Shown piece by piece: positions 28,907 to 37,425 of a stretch of DNA of 57,709 nt. The stretch covers positions 1 to 57,709 of the IMG/VR virus record IMGVR_UViG_3300048585_000089. One strand, written 5' to 3'. A program made the translations under genes and the position numbers. This DNA comes from a virus. Its lineage: Duplodnaviria; Caudoviricetes. A model generated the notes under the pieces. The model worked only from the letters and a program-made list of their open reading frames with translations, searched no databases and was not told where the DNA came from. Within the stretch, counting starts at the first letter, position 1. Each line of letters opens with the position of its first letter.

Positions 28907-29302
28907 ATGTTCGTAATTAGGAGAAATGATAGTGGTTTACATTCATCGGCGGTTATAGGTTGTTTTTATGCTCGGGGTCAGTTGGAGTACATAGAGAGAT
29001 GGTTGTTTAACAATGAGAATAGGTTGGGGTTAGAACGTATATTGGGAGACTATTGGGAAAATGCGAAGGACCTAACTGTTGATACTACTGATATAGAACA
29101 TGTGTATTACTTAGTGGGTGGAATATTTCAGAGAATAAATAATGTCGAGTTACGAACACCGATAGAAGATCTGAGTAGTTACTGTAGACTGTTTCTATGG
29201 GGTATAGAGGCACCATTAAAGTTGGGTGAAGATATGGAAAGAATATTAGGAATGAAGGGTTCAGTAAAGTTTGTATGGGACACAATTAAAGAATACTATT
29301 AG
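28907..29302 (+). CDS. Hypothetical (early) protein
   Basis: AAGGAGG RBS; followed by terminator. Confidence 0.65.
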   Translation: MFVIRRNDSGLHSSAVIGCFYARGQLEYIERWLFNNENRLGLERILGDYWENAKDLTVDTTDIEHVYYLVGGIFQRINNVELRTPIEDLSSYCRLFLWGIEAPLKLGEDMERILGMKGSVKFVWDTIKEYY

Positions 29303-29311
29303 GTTAGTTTT

Positions 29312-29337
29312 AGGGGCCTCTATAGGGCCTCTTTTTT
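29312..29337 (+). terminator. Intrinsic terminator
   Basis: AGGGGCCTC-TATA-GGGCCTCT then TTTTT. Confidence 0.6.
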
Positions 29338-29339
29338 GT

Positions 29340-29587
29340 GTTTTAATGGGCGTTTTAATAGTACAGGATCGGGCGTTTTAATGGGGCGAACGAGGGCGTT
29401 TTAATGGGGTTTAGGCTGGAACACAAGGTCGGGCCGCTAGTGCCTGGCCCATCTCTGCCGAGCCCCATTATAAGATAACCCTGAACGTTTTAATAGGGCG
29501 AAGTGTTGGGTTTTAATAGGGCAATTGCGGGCGTTTTAATACGGGGGGACCCGGTCGGGCCTCGAGGGGGTGGATTTTAATAGGGCC
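29340..29587 (+). repeat. Iteron-like GGGCGTTTTAAT(A/G)GGGC repeats
   Basis: TTTTAAT cores at 29341, 29353, 29376, 29399, 29488, 29511, 29534, 29575; two triplets with exact 23-bp period. Confidence 0.8.
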
Positions 29588-30004
29588 TACGGAGACGGGC
29601 CGGGGTGGCGCCAGGCGTTAATATTTAAGGTAAAAGTGCGGATCTAGGTAAATAATTAACCTTTAAAATTTACCGTGGAATCTCCGATTCCCTTAAAAAA
29701 TGTTCGTTTGTACTGGGTAAATTATTTACGTGGATATAGGATTTACCTTAAATAATTAAAGTCCTAATTTGTATACCCCCCACCCGTAGGGGGGTTAATT
29801 ATTTTCGTGGAATCAGTCTTTGACGTAAGATATTAACCTGTTAAATTCGATAAAAATAAATTAAATATTTCGAAAGTTGAGCGGATTTAACTAGATTTCT
29901 TTCATTTGTGTTACAAACTGAATCATATCCAAGTAAACCAGTTAAATAGTAACTAAAACACACAAAACCCATTGAAATACTTCCGAAAAAACTTAAAATA
30001 AAAG

Positions 30005-30033
30005 TTGACATTTATCTCGTAATATAGTATAAT
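30005..30033 (+). promoter_or_regulatory. Perfect consensus sigmaA promoter
   Basis: TTGACA-N17-TATAAT with A-rich UP element. Confidence 0.85.
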
Positions 30034-30077
30034 ATATATATAAGAGAGAAACATTAACTTAAGTTTAGAAAGGAAGA

Positions 30078-30434
30078 GTGATTATCATGAGTATGAAAAT
30101 GAGAATCGAAAGAAACGAAAAAGTAATTAAAAAAGTAATAAACGATGAAACACTTAACAAAAGTACGAAAATGAAAGAATTATTTAAAAATGGTTTGGAT
30201 GTGAAAGAAATATCGGAAATTATGAACGTGAGATACAATTTCGTTTATAATGTAATTAGTAATGAAATATTGAAGGGAAATATTAACGAAGAAGACATAA
30301 TTAAAGTTAAAAATGAAAGTAAAAAAGACATTATACTTAAATTACATCGCGACGGAAAAAGTAAAATCGAAATATGTAAAGAACTTAAAATTTGTTATAA
30401 CATGGTTTGGAGTGTGTTAAATAAGAACAAATAA
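30078..30434 (+). CDS. Two-repeat HTH-like DNA-binding protein (paralog of 27685-28167)
   Basis: NKSTKMKELFKNGLDVKEIS...VRYNFVYNV and SKKDII....G.SK.EIC..L...YNMVWSV. Confidence 0.75.
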   Translation: MIIMSMKMRIERNEKVIKKVINDETLNKSTKMKELFKNGLDVKEISEIMNVRYNFVYNVISNEILKGNINEEDIIKVKNESKKDIILKLHRDGKSKIEICKELKICYNMVWSVLNKNK

Positions 30435-30452
30435 ATAAGTAAATAAGTAAAT

Positions 30453-30490
30453 AAATAACTCGATATAATATAACTTATATCGAGTTATTT
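30453..30490 (+). terminator. Long perfect hairpin downstream of HTH gene
   Basis: AAATAACTCGATATAA-TATAAC-TTATATCGAGTTATTT, 16-bp stem. Confidence 0.65.
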
Positions 30491-30560
30491 ATGTTAAAAT
30501 CTGGCGTTTTTAAGAAAGCATATGTTCGAGTAAGTACTCGATACTACCCCTCCCAGGTCT

Positions 30561-30633
30561 CGTCGAAGGATCAACCGTCGAAGGATCAACTGGGGGTTGG
30601 ATCGTCGAAGGATCGTCGAAGGATCTCGTCGAG
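30561..30633 (+). repeat. CGTCGAAGGATC direct repeats (4 full + 1 partial)
   Basis: Copies at 30561, 30576, 30603, 30614; partial at 30627. Confidence 0.85.
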
Positions 30634-30717
30634 TTCTATAAGGTAAATTAAAAAAAAAAAACAACAAAAAATTTAAGGTCTCGGAGACATGCATAAGTAA
30701 AAAATAATCAAAAGGCA

Positions 30718-30755
30718 GTTAAAAACATTGTGTCTCTGAATATTATATTAATATA
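30718..30755 (+). promoter_or_regulatory. Phage-specific promoter motif upstream of packaging/structural operon
   Basis: GTTAAAAA-N11-TGAATATTATATTAATATA. Confidence 0.7.
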
Positions 30756-30789
30756 GAGCAAAAGGACTATTTTAAGGCCTTGAAAGATG

Positions 30790-30970
30790 GAACTAAAAAA
30801 TAAACAATAAACAATAAACAAAGATAGAACTAAAAATAAACAAAGATAGAAACAATAAACAATAAACAATAAACAATAAACAAAGATAGAAACAATAAAC
30901 AAAGATAGAAACAATAAACAAAGATAGAAACAATAAACAATAAACAATAAACAATAAACAAAGATAGAAA
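30790..30970 (+). repeat. A-rich composite tandem repeat of AAACAAT and AAACAAAGATAG units
   Basis: Directly visible; lies between the promoter motif and terS. Confidence 0.9.
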
Positions 30971-30983
30971 TGGGTGATATAAA

Positions 30984-31976
30984 ATGCAAGAAGTAGGTTT
31001 AGCTGTTTTAGAATGGCAAGAGAATGGATTGGTAAAATCACAGAATAAGCTTGCAACCTTCATCGCGGAGTTACAAGAACAAGCTCCTCTACACCCAACT
31101 GGTGCGCTAGCAGGTATCCCTAAATACTACATTGACCCTACAATCATCGCGGAATGTGCTCCTTATTGTACAACAACTGACGATATACCAGAAAAATCCT
31201 TAGAGGCAGCTGAAATTCCTATTGACATAGAGGATGGTTACCCAGTAGTACTTGGGTTACCTATCTGGGAAAGGCTAGATGGAGAAAAAATGGGCTATTA
31301 TAAATTGTTTAGAGAATATCGTGATATGAAATACTATAATGATACCCATCTAAACCAAAGAGCAATTGCTAAATTAGCTGAGAATGTGAGTGTACCTGGA
31401 AAGTTACTTTCTACTCTTTCAAAAATCTACCATTGGGCTTTTCGCGTGAAAGCTTATGATAAATATAAAGCAACTGAGTTGGCAATGAAAAAGCAAAGAA
31501 ATGCAGAAGAGCTAGAAAGCAAACATGCAAAGTTCTCTAATGAACTCTTAGAGCAGGCAGTTAATTACTTAAAGGCACATAAAGAGAAGTTAGAACCTAA
31601 AGTAGCCTTAGATATGGTTCAAGTGGGCATGAAATATGGACGTATCAGTGCAGGTCTCCAGGGAGATAAGCCTGGAAGCCATTCCAGTTCTGCTGCTAGT
31701 CACCAAACCAATATCCAGATCGCTCAATCCGCCACTCACAACAGTGTAGAAAATTCGCTTTCGATTAATGCCAACACTCCGAGTGCCGATGGTAACGGCG
31801 GCAAAGATATCCAGCAGCAGTTCACGGGGGGCTTAAAAAATACAGGTACAATGGCCTCAATCCTCCATGTGCTCAATAAAAGTGGTGCACTTAGATCCGC
31901 GACGGAACAAAATATAGAAAAAGATGGAGAGGGTGCAGAAGAACAAAATGAAGAAAGAGAAATAGAAATATGTTAA
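30984..31976 (+). CDS. terS: Putative terminase small subunit
   Basis: Directly upstream of terL; WERLDGE...Y..F..Y..RAIAKLA...W..RVKAYD HTH pattern followed by coiled coil. Confidence 0.6.
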   Translation: MQEVGLAVLEWQENGLVKSQNKLATFIAELQEQAPLHPTGALAGIPKYYIDPTIIAECAPYCTTTDDIPEKSLEAAEIPIDIEDGYPVVLGLPIWERLDGEKMGYYKLFREYRDMKYYNDTHLNQRAIAKLAENVSVPGKLLSTLSKIYHWAFRVKAYDKYKATELAMKKQRNAEELESKHAKFSNELLEQAVNYLKAHKEKLEPKVALDMVQVGMKYGRISAGLQGDKPGSHSSSAASHQTNIQIAQSATHNSVENSLSINANTPSADGNGGKDIQQQFTGGLKNTGTMASILHVLNKSGALRSATEQNIEKDGEGAEEQNEEREIEIC

Positions 31977-32086
31977 CCTACCCCATTCTACTTTAAATAG
32001 ATGTTGTTGCAAAAATAATCGCGGAGGAGTTTTACTCCCCTCTCCTCAGCGATTATCCCACCTGGTACGTGAAAAAAAAAAAAAAA

Positions 32087-32164
32087 ACAACTGTAGTTGT
32101 GCAATGTGCCATAGCCACCTTGACAATAAGGACCTATTTGCAGGACCTTTACAACTACAGTTGT
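32087..32164. promoter_or_regulatory. Pair of 14-bp palindromic operator-like sites upstream of terL
   Basis: ACAACT-GT-AGTTGT (32087-32100) and ACAACT-AC-AGTTGT (32151-32164). Confidence 0.55.
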
Positions 32165-32197
32165 TATTATATATATATAAAAAAGGAGGTTTTTTTA

Positions 32198-34654
32198 GTG
32201 AGTTCAATCCAAGTAGCAGATAAGGTTGATATCAAAGATATAGTTTTCGCTTTACAGAAGGGCACATTAGATGTAGCTAATATTGACTTCACTAAAATCC
32301 CTCGTTCAGAAATACAGAAATTGGCAAAATTATTAACACCTAAAATGACAAAATATATTCCTCATGTTCCCACACCTAAACAAGCTGCTTATCTATTGTT
32401 AGATAATAAAGAAGCTTTCTTCGGAGGTGCCGCTGGGGGTGGTAAGGCCCTTTGTCTCACAACACCTATTTTAACGGATAGTGGTTGGTCAACTATAGGA
32501 AAATTAACTTTAGATGATAAAGTATTAGCCTTAGATGGCACATGGACGGAAATTGAATATATAACAGAAGTACAGAAACAACACGATTGTTATGCACTTC
32601 ATTTTAATAATGGGGAAGTGATTGTTGCTGATAAAGAACACCTGTGGAAAACTACTGAATTTAAACACAGGAAATATTGGAAAGAAAGTCTTCATACAAC
32701 ATGTCAATTGGAAGAAGGCGTTAAAATTGTTTCTTCTTTACCTACAACAGGAAGTTCTATTGATTTGGGTATAGATCCTTATGTGTTTGGTTTTTGGTTA
32801 GGAGATGGGAATGCGCATACGGGTAGTGTTACAATAGGAAAAGAAGACATTACAGAAATGCTACAATATCTCCCCTCATTGAATAGATATGAAAGTATGG
32901 AATTACAATATACAGTAGAGGGACTAACAACACAATTAAATAGATTAGGTGTATTACGAGCAAAAAAAGAAAATAGGCAATCTTGTCCCGAAACTAAGTG
33001 TATTCCAACTAAATTTTTCTTGTCCTCTCATAAACAACGTCTAGCCTTATTGCAGGGTTTAATGGATTCGGAGGGTCACTGCCAAGCTCGGGGGCGCTGT
33101 GAGATTTCTTTAAAAGAATGTCGTTTATTTGATGATGTATGTACACTATTAAGCACCCTAGGTATAATTTATAGTACAACAGCGACGGAAAACTCTTATA
33201 GAGCCACTTTTAGTACTCTTTTGCCTGTATTTAAACTCACACGTAAAAAGAGTAGATTACCAAAAAGAGTGATGGGTAACAAAATCATAATAAGCTCTAT
33301 TAAATATATAGGAAAAAGAGATGTTAAATGTATAAGGATTAAACATCCATCGCATATTTTTCTTTGTGGTACAAGATTAATTCCAACACACAACAGTGAC
33401 GCATTACTCATGGCTGGATTGCAGTATGTTGATATTAAAGGCTATGCAGGGATTATCTTTCGTAAAACATATGCAGACTTAACTAAACCAGGAGCTTTGA
33501 TAGATAGAGCTAAAGATTGGCTTTTTCGTTTTGATGATGTTAGATGGGATGATAAAAATAAGAAGTTTGATTTTATACGTAAATACGGACCACATACAGA
33601 AATCTGGTCAATCCTCCAATTTGGTTATATGGAAAATGAAAATCATAAGTATAACTATCAGGGTGGTGAGTATCAGTTTATCGGCTGGGATGAAGTTACT
33701 CATATAATCTACAATTGTTATAAATACATGTTTTCGCGTATGAGAAGGCTTAAAGGTTCTAATGTACCATTACGTGTACGTTCGGCTTCCAATCCACCGG
33801 ATGATGATCAAGGTATTTGGGTTTTTAATCGTTTTGTAAATCCTAAAACAGTTTCTCCTAAGATGGTATATATTCCAGCAGGCATGGATGATAATCCACA
33901 CTTAGATAAAGATGAGTATGCAGAAGCTTTAGATGAATTAGATCCTGTTACTAGAGCACGTTTACGAGATGGTAATTGGGAAATTTTACGTAAGGGTAAT
34001 ATGTTTAAGCGTAATTGGTTTGAAATGGTTGATTCGGCCCCAACTTTCAGGCGTCGTGTACGTTTTTGGGATATGGCAGCTACTGATGAAGAAAAAGCAA
34101 AGAAGAAGAATAAGTCGGGAGACCCTGATTATACTGTTGGTTTACTTATAAGTGAGTCTAATGGTTTTTACTATATAGAGGATATAATAAGAGTTAGGAA
34201 AAAACCAGCAGATACAGAAATAATACAAAGAAATACTGCAATATCTGATGGCTATGTAGTAACTATTAGAGAAGAGCAAGAACCTGGCTCCTCAGGTATA
34301 GCAGTTATTGATAATAAAATGAGAACATTATTCAAAGGATATAATTATAATGGAGTCCGCTCTACAGGTAATAAAGTACAAAGAGCAGGAATTGCTAGTG
34401 CTGCGTCCGATAAGGGGCTTGTTAAAATTGTTAAAGGATGTCGTTATCTAGATGAATTCTTTAATGAATTAGAAGGCTTTCCTGGTGGAGTACATGACGA
34501 TATGGTTGATGCCTTTAGTGGAGGTTTTACAGAATTAGCTCAGGCACCTATACAAGGAATGCCTTTAGGTTTAGATAGTGAAGATGGTTCTTATTGGACC
34601 GGAGAAGAAGAATTAGGAAGTGGTTATTTTGGTAGGATGCGGGGCTATGCATAG
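32198..34654 (+). CDS. terL: Terminase large subunit with intein
   Basis: GGAAGGGK|S Walker A, IGWDEV Walker B, SASNP, WDMA and HDDMVDA nuclease motifs; GTG start 32198 after AAGGAGGT. Confidence 0.93.
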   Translation: MSSIQVADKVDIKDIVFALQKGTLDVANIDFTKIPRSEIQKLAKLLTPKMTKYIPHVPTPKQAAYLLLDNKEAFFGGAAGGGKALCLTTPILTDSGWSTIGKLTLDDKVLALDGTWTEIEYITEVQKQHDCYALHFNNGEVIVADKEHLWKTTEFKHRKYWKESLHTTCQLEEGVKIVSSLPTTGSSIDLGIDPYVFGFWLGDGNAHTGSVTIGKEDITEMLQYLPSLNRYESMELQYTVEGLTTQLNRLGVLRAKKENRQSCPETKCIPTKFFLSSHKQRLALLQGLMDSEGHCQARGRCEISLKECRLFDDVCTLLSTLGIIYSTTATENSYRATFSTLLPVFKLTRKKSRLPKRVMGNKIIISSIKYIGKRDVKCIRIKHPSHIFLCGTRLIPTHNSDALLMAGLQYVDIKGYAGIIFRKTYADLTKPGALIDRAKDWLFRFDDVRWDDKNKKFDFIRKYGPHTEIWSILQFGYMENENHKYNYQGGEYQFIGWDEVTHIIYNCYKYMFSRMRRLKGSNVPLRVRSASNPPDDDQGIWVFNRFVNPKTVSPKMVYIPAGMDDNPHLDKDEYAEALDELDPVTRARLRDGNWEILRKGNMFKRNWFEMVDSAPTFRRRVRFWDMAATDEEKAKKKNKSGDPDYTVGLLISESNGFYYIEDIIRVRKKPADTEIIQRNTAISDGYVVTIREEQEPGSSGIAVIDNKMRTLFKGYNYNGVRSTGNKVQRAGIASAASDKGLVKIVKGCRYLDEFFNELEGFPGGVHDDMVDAFSGGFTELAQAPIQGMPLGLDSEDGSYWTGEEELGSGYFGRMRGYA
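32447..33394 (+). mobile_element. 316-aa class 3 (Ala1, W-C-T) intein with LAGLIDADG endonuclease
   Basis: Starts ALCLTTPI; block B ADKEHLW; FWLGDG and LQGLMDSEG; block F VKCIRI; ends IPTHN before Ser. Confidence 0.9.
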
Positions 34655-34678
34655 AAAGTAAGAAGGGAGGTTAACCAA

Positions 34679-36088
34679 TTGCGCGACAATGAGCAGATAG
34701 CAAAGGAAGATAGATTGATGGCTGAAATCGATCCCAATAGCAGTAAAGCAAAAAGCAATCCATCTTTTATTGAACTTGGTAGTACAGGGCTAAGTAGATG
34801 GGGTGGAAATATATATGAAGAATTTCTTACTAATCTTCGTTGGCCTAAGGCAGGGCAAATATACAAGGAAATGAGTCATAATGATCCAGTAGTTACATCG
34901 ATTTTATTATGTTCTCGTCAGTTAATACGTAAAGTAACTTGGCGTATTCAACCGGCTTCTGACTCTAAAATAGATTTAGAAGCTGCAGAGTTTCTTGAAT
35001 CTTGCCGCCAAGATATGAGTATGACCTGGTCTGAATTAATTGATGAGATTACTTCATATTTTGAATACGGTTGGGCATATCATGAAATTATCTATAAACG
35101 TCGTTTAGGAGATTCTAAAGACCCAACCAAAAGAAGTAAATACACAGATGGTCGTATAGGATGGAGAAGAATTTCAGGACGATCACAAGAATCATGGTCT
35201 AGCTGGGTATTTGATGAAAAAGACGATGGAAACTTAATGGGTATGAATCAAGAGGCAGTAAATCAAACTAAGAATGCTTATATTCCAATAGAAAAAGCCT
35301 TACTTTTTAGAACTACATCAAATAGAAGTAATCCTGAAGGACGTTCATTCTTAAGAGGAGCTTATAGACCTTGGTATTTTAAGAAACATATTGAAGAAAT
35401 AGAAGGTATAGGTATTGAAAGAGATTTAGCAGGATTACCTGTTCTTAAAACACCGGAAAATGTAGATATATGGGCTACTGATAATGCACAAGCAGTTATT
35501 CAAAGAAATGCAGCAGAAGCACTAGTAAAGAATATCAGACGTGACAAGAATGAAGGAATAGTTCTTCCTTTTGGTTGGGATCTTACTTTATTAAGTTCTG
35601 CTAGTAATAGACAGTTTGATACTAATCAAATTATCAATAGATATGATCAGAGAATAGCAACTACTATGTTAGCAGATATAGTAATGTTAGGAGCAGATAA
35701 AGTAGGTAGTTTCGCTTTGGCTGAAGTTAAGAAAAGCCTATTAGCCGCTGCGTTAGATGCTCAAGTACAAGGAATAGTTTCAGTCTTCAATAGATATGCG
35801 GTACCTAAATTATTCTCTTATAATGTTTTTCCTGGAATTGTAGAATTACCACAAATAACAGCAAGTCCAGTTGATTCACCTTCTTTGAAAGAATTATCCG
35901 AATATATTTCTAAATTATCTGGTGCTAATATGCCATTATTCCCTGATTTAGATTTAGAAAACTACCTAAGATCGATTGCAAATTTACCGATTGCTGAAGA
36001 GGATGATGAAGCAAGACAAGTAAGTCGAGATAATAATAAAAATACTTCTGAAAAATCAAGTGATAACAAGAAGAAAGAGGAGGCTTAG
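34679..36088 (+). CDS. Portal protein (DUF935/Mu gp29-like)
   Basis: Follows terL; YGWAYHEI, NPEGRSFLRGAY..WYFK, ERDLAGLP, GSFALAEV. Confidence 0.85.
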   Translation: MRDNEQIAKEDRLMAEIDPNSSKAKSNPSFIELGSTGLSRWGGNIYEEFLTNLRWPKAGQIYKEMSHNDPVVTSILLCSRQLIRKVTWRIQPASDSKIDLEAAEFLESCRQDMSMTWSELIDEITSYFEYGWAYHEIIYKRRLGDSKDPTKRSKYTDGRIGWRRISGRSQESWSSWVFDEKDDGNLMGMNQEAVNQTKNAYIPIEKALLFRTTSNRSNPEGRSFLRGAYRPWYFKKHIEEIEGIGIERDLAGLPVLKTPENVDIWATDNAQAVIQRNAAEALVKNIRRDKNEGIVLPFGWDLTLLSSASNRQFDTNQIINRYDQRIATTMLADIVMLGADKVGSFALAEVKKSLLAAALDAQVQGIVSVFNRYAVPKLFSYNVFPGIVELPQITASPVDSPSLKELSEYISKLSGANMPLFPDLDLENYLRSIANLPIAEEDDEARQVSRDNNKNTSEKSSDNKKKEEA

Positions 36089-36092
36089 ATAT

Positions 36093-37397
36093 ATGCCTAA
36101 AGCAATTAAAATAAAAGGGCCAATAATCAGTAATGACTGGAAATGGATTTATGATTGGTTAGAATATGAAGCTACTTGTCCTAAGGATGTTGAAGAAGCT
36201 TTAGAAGCAGCTGATGGAGAGGATATAGAAGTATTAATCAACTCTGGGGGCGGTGATGTGTATGCGGGTTCTGAAATATATACATTACTTAAATCATATA
36301 AAGGTAAAACTAGTTGTCGTATCATGGGTATTGCGGCTAGTGCTGCCAGTGTAATTGCTATGGGATGCTCTGATGTACAGATGTCTCCTACAGCGCAGAT
36401 GATGATTCATAATACAGCATCACGTAGTGCAGGTGACTACAGAGATTTAGAGCATGATGCAGCAGTATTAAAAAACTGGAATAAGAGCATAGCAAATTCA
36501 TATCAATTAAAAACTGGAATGTCTCAAGAAGATTTATTGTCTTTAATGGATAAAGAAACTTGGTTGAATGCTAAACAAGCAGTTGAGATGAAATTTGCGG
36601 ACGGCATCCTATTTGATACACAGAATCAATTGGTTGCTTCTACTAACACTGATTTAACAGAAATACCACACAAAATTTTAGAGAAGTTACGTAATAGTAA
36701 CTTGTTCCAAAATAAAAGCAACACAAAAACTCAGGAAGGAGATGATTCGATGCCAATCAGTAAAATTTTATCCAAATTGTCTGAAGAAGAACAAGCAGTT
36801 ATAAAGTCTATGATTAAAAATGACTTAACTGAGAAGGTAACCACATTAGAAAATGAAAAAAGTGAGTTACAAAACAAAGTAACTGAATTAGAGGGGGAGC
36901 TAAAAGAGCTAACCAATAAGAAGGAAGAGGATACTAAGATAGATCCTTTAGTCAATGCTTCGCCTGAAATAAAAGCTATGGTAGAAGAAGCAAAACAAAA
37001 GGCAATAGAAGCACAAACTGAATTACAAAAAATCCAAGATAAGAGAGATTTGGATGGTTTTGTTAATAAGATTAAAGCTTATGATAATCTTCCAATCAAT
37101 GCTGAGGAATTTGCACCAATTTTTATGGGTTTTGCAAAAGCTGATGCAGAAGGATTTGCTAAGTTAGAAGCTTTATTAACAGCAACTAACAATACAACAG
37201 AAGCAGGAGCGGTATTTAATTCTAATGGTACAAATAAAAGTACTGAAGGAGTAGATGCTTGGACTATTATTGAATCTAAAGCTAAAGCAATTATGGCTAA
37301 AGATGAAAAAGTAACTTTTCCAGATGCCTTAAAGGCTGCAATGCAAAAGGAACCTGAACTTTATAGACAATACTTAAACGAAATGCAAGGATCTTAA
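36093..37397 (+). CDS. ClpP-type prohead protease fused to coiled-coil scaffold
   Basis: INSGGGDV, AASAASVI, MMIHN, ETWLNA; charged coiled-coil C-terminal half. Confidence 0.88.
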   Translation: MPKAIKIKGPIISNDWKWIYDWLEYEATCPKDVEEALEAADGEDIEVLINSGGGDVYAGSEIYTLLKSYKGKTSCRIMGIAASAASVIAMGCSDVQMSPTAQMMIHNTASRSAGDYRDLEHDAAVLKNWNKSIANSYQLKTGMSQEDLLSLMDKETWLNAKQAVEMKFADGILFDTQNQLVASTNTDLTEIPHKILEKLRNSNLFQNKSNTKTQEGDDSMPISKILSKLSEEEQAVIKSMIKNDLTEKVTTLENEKSELQNKVTELEGELKELTNKKEEDTKIDPLVNASPEIKAMVEEAKQKAIEAQTELQKIQDKRDLDGFVNKIKAYDNLPINAEEFAPIFMGFAKADAEGFAKLEALLTATNNTTEAGAVFNSNGTNKSTEGVDAWTIIESKAKAIMAKDEKVTFPDALKAAMQKEPELYRQYLNEMQGS

Positions 37398-37425
37398 ACT
37401 AATAGTAAAAAGGAGGAATATTTTT

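Noticed and set aside
30790-30970. Possible CRISPR array
   Set aside because: Units are 7-12 nt with no unique spacers; no cas operon, and the Cas4-like gene sits in a recombination module
30708-31063. Three overlapping minus-strand hydrophobic ORFs
   Set aside because: They are translations of the AAACAAT microsatellite, antisense to the late promoter
32069-32197. N-terminal extension of terL in the ORF track
   Set aside because: Poly-A-derived KKKKK; the strong RBS supports GTG at 32198
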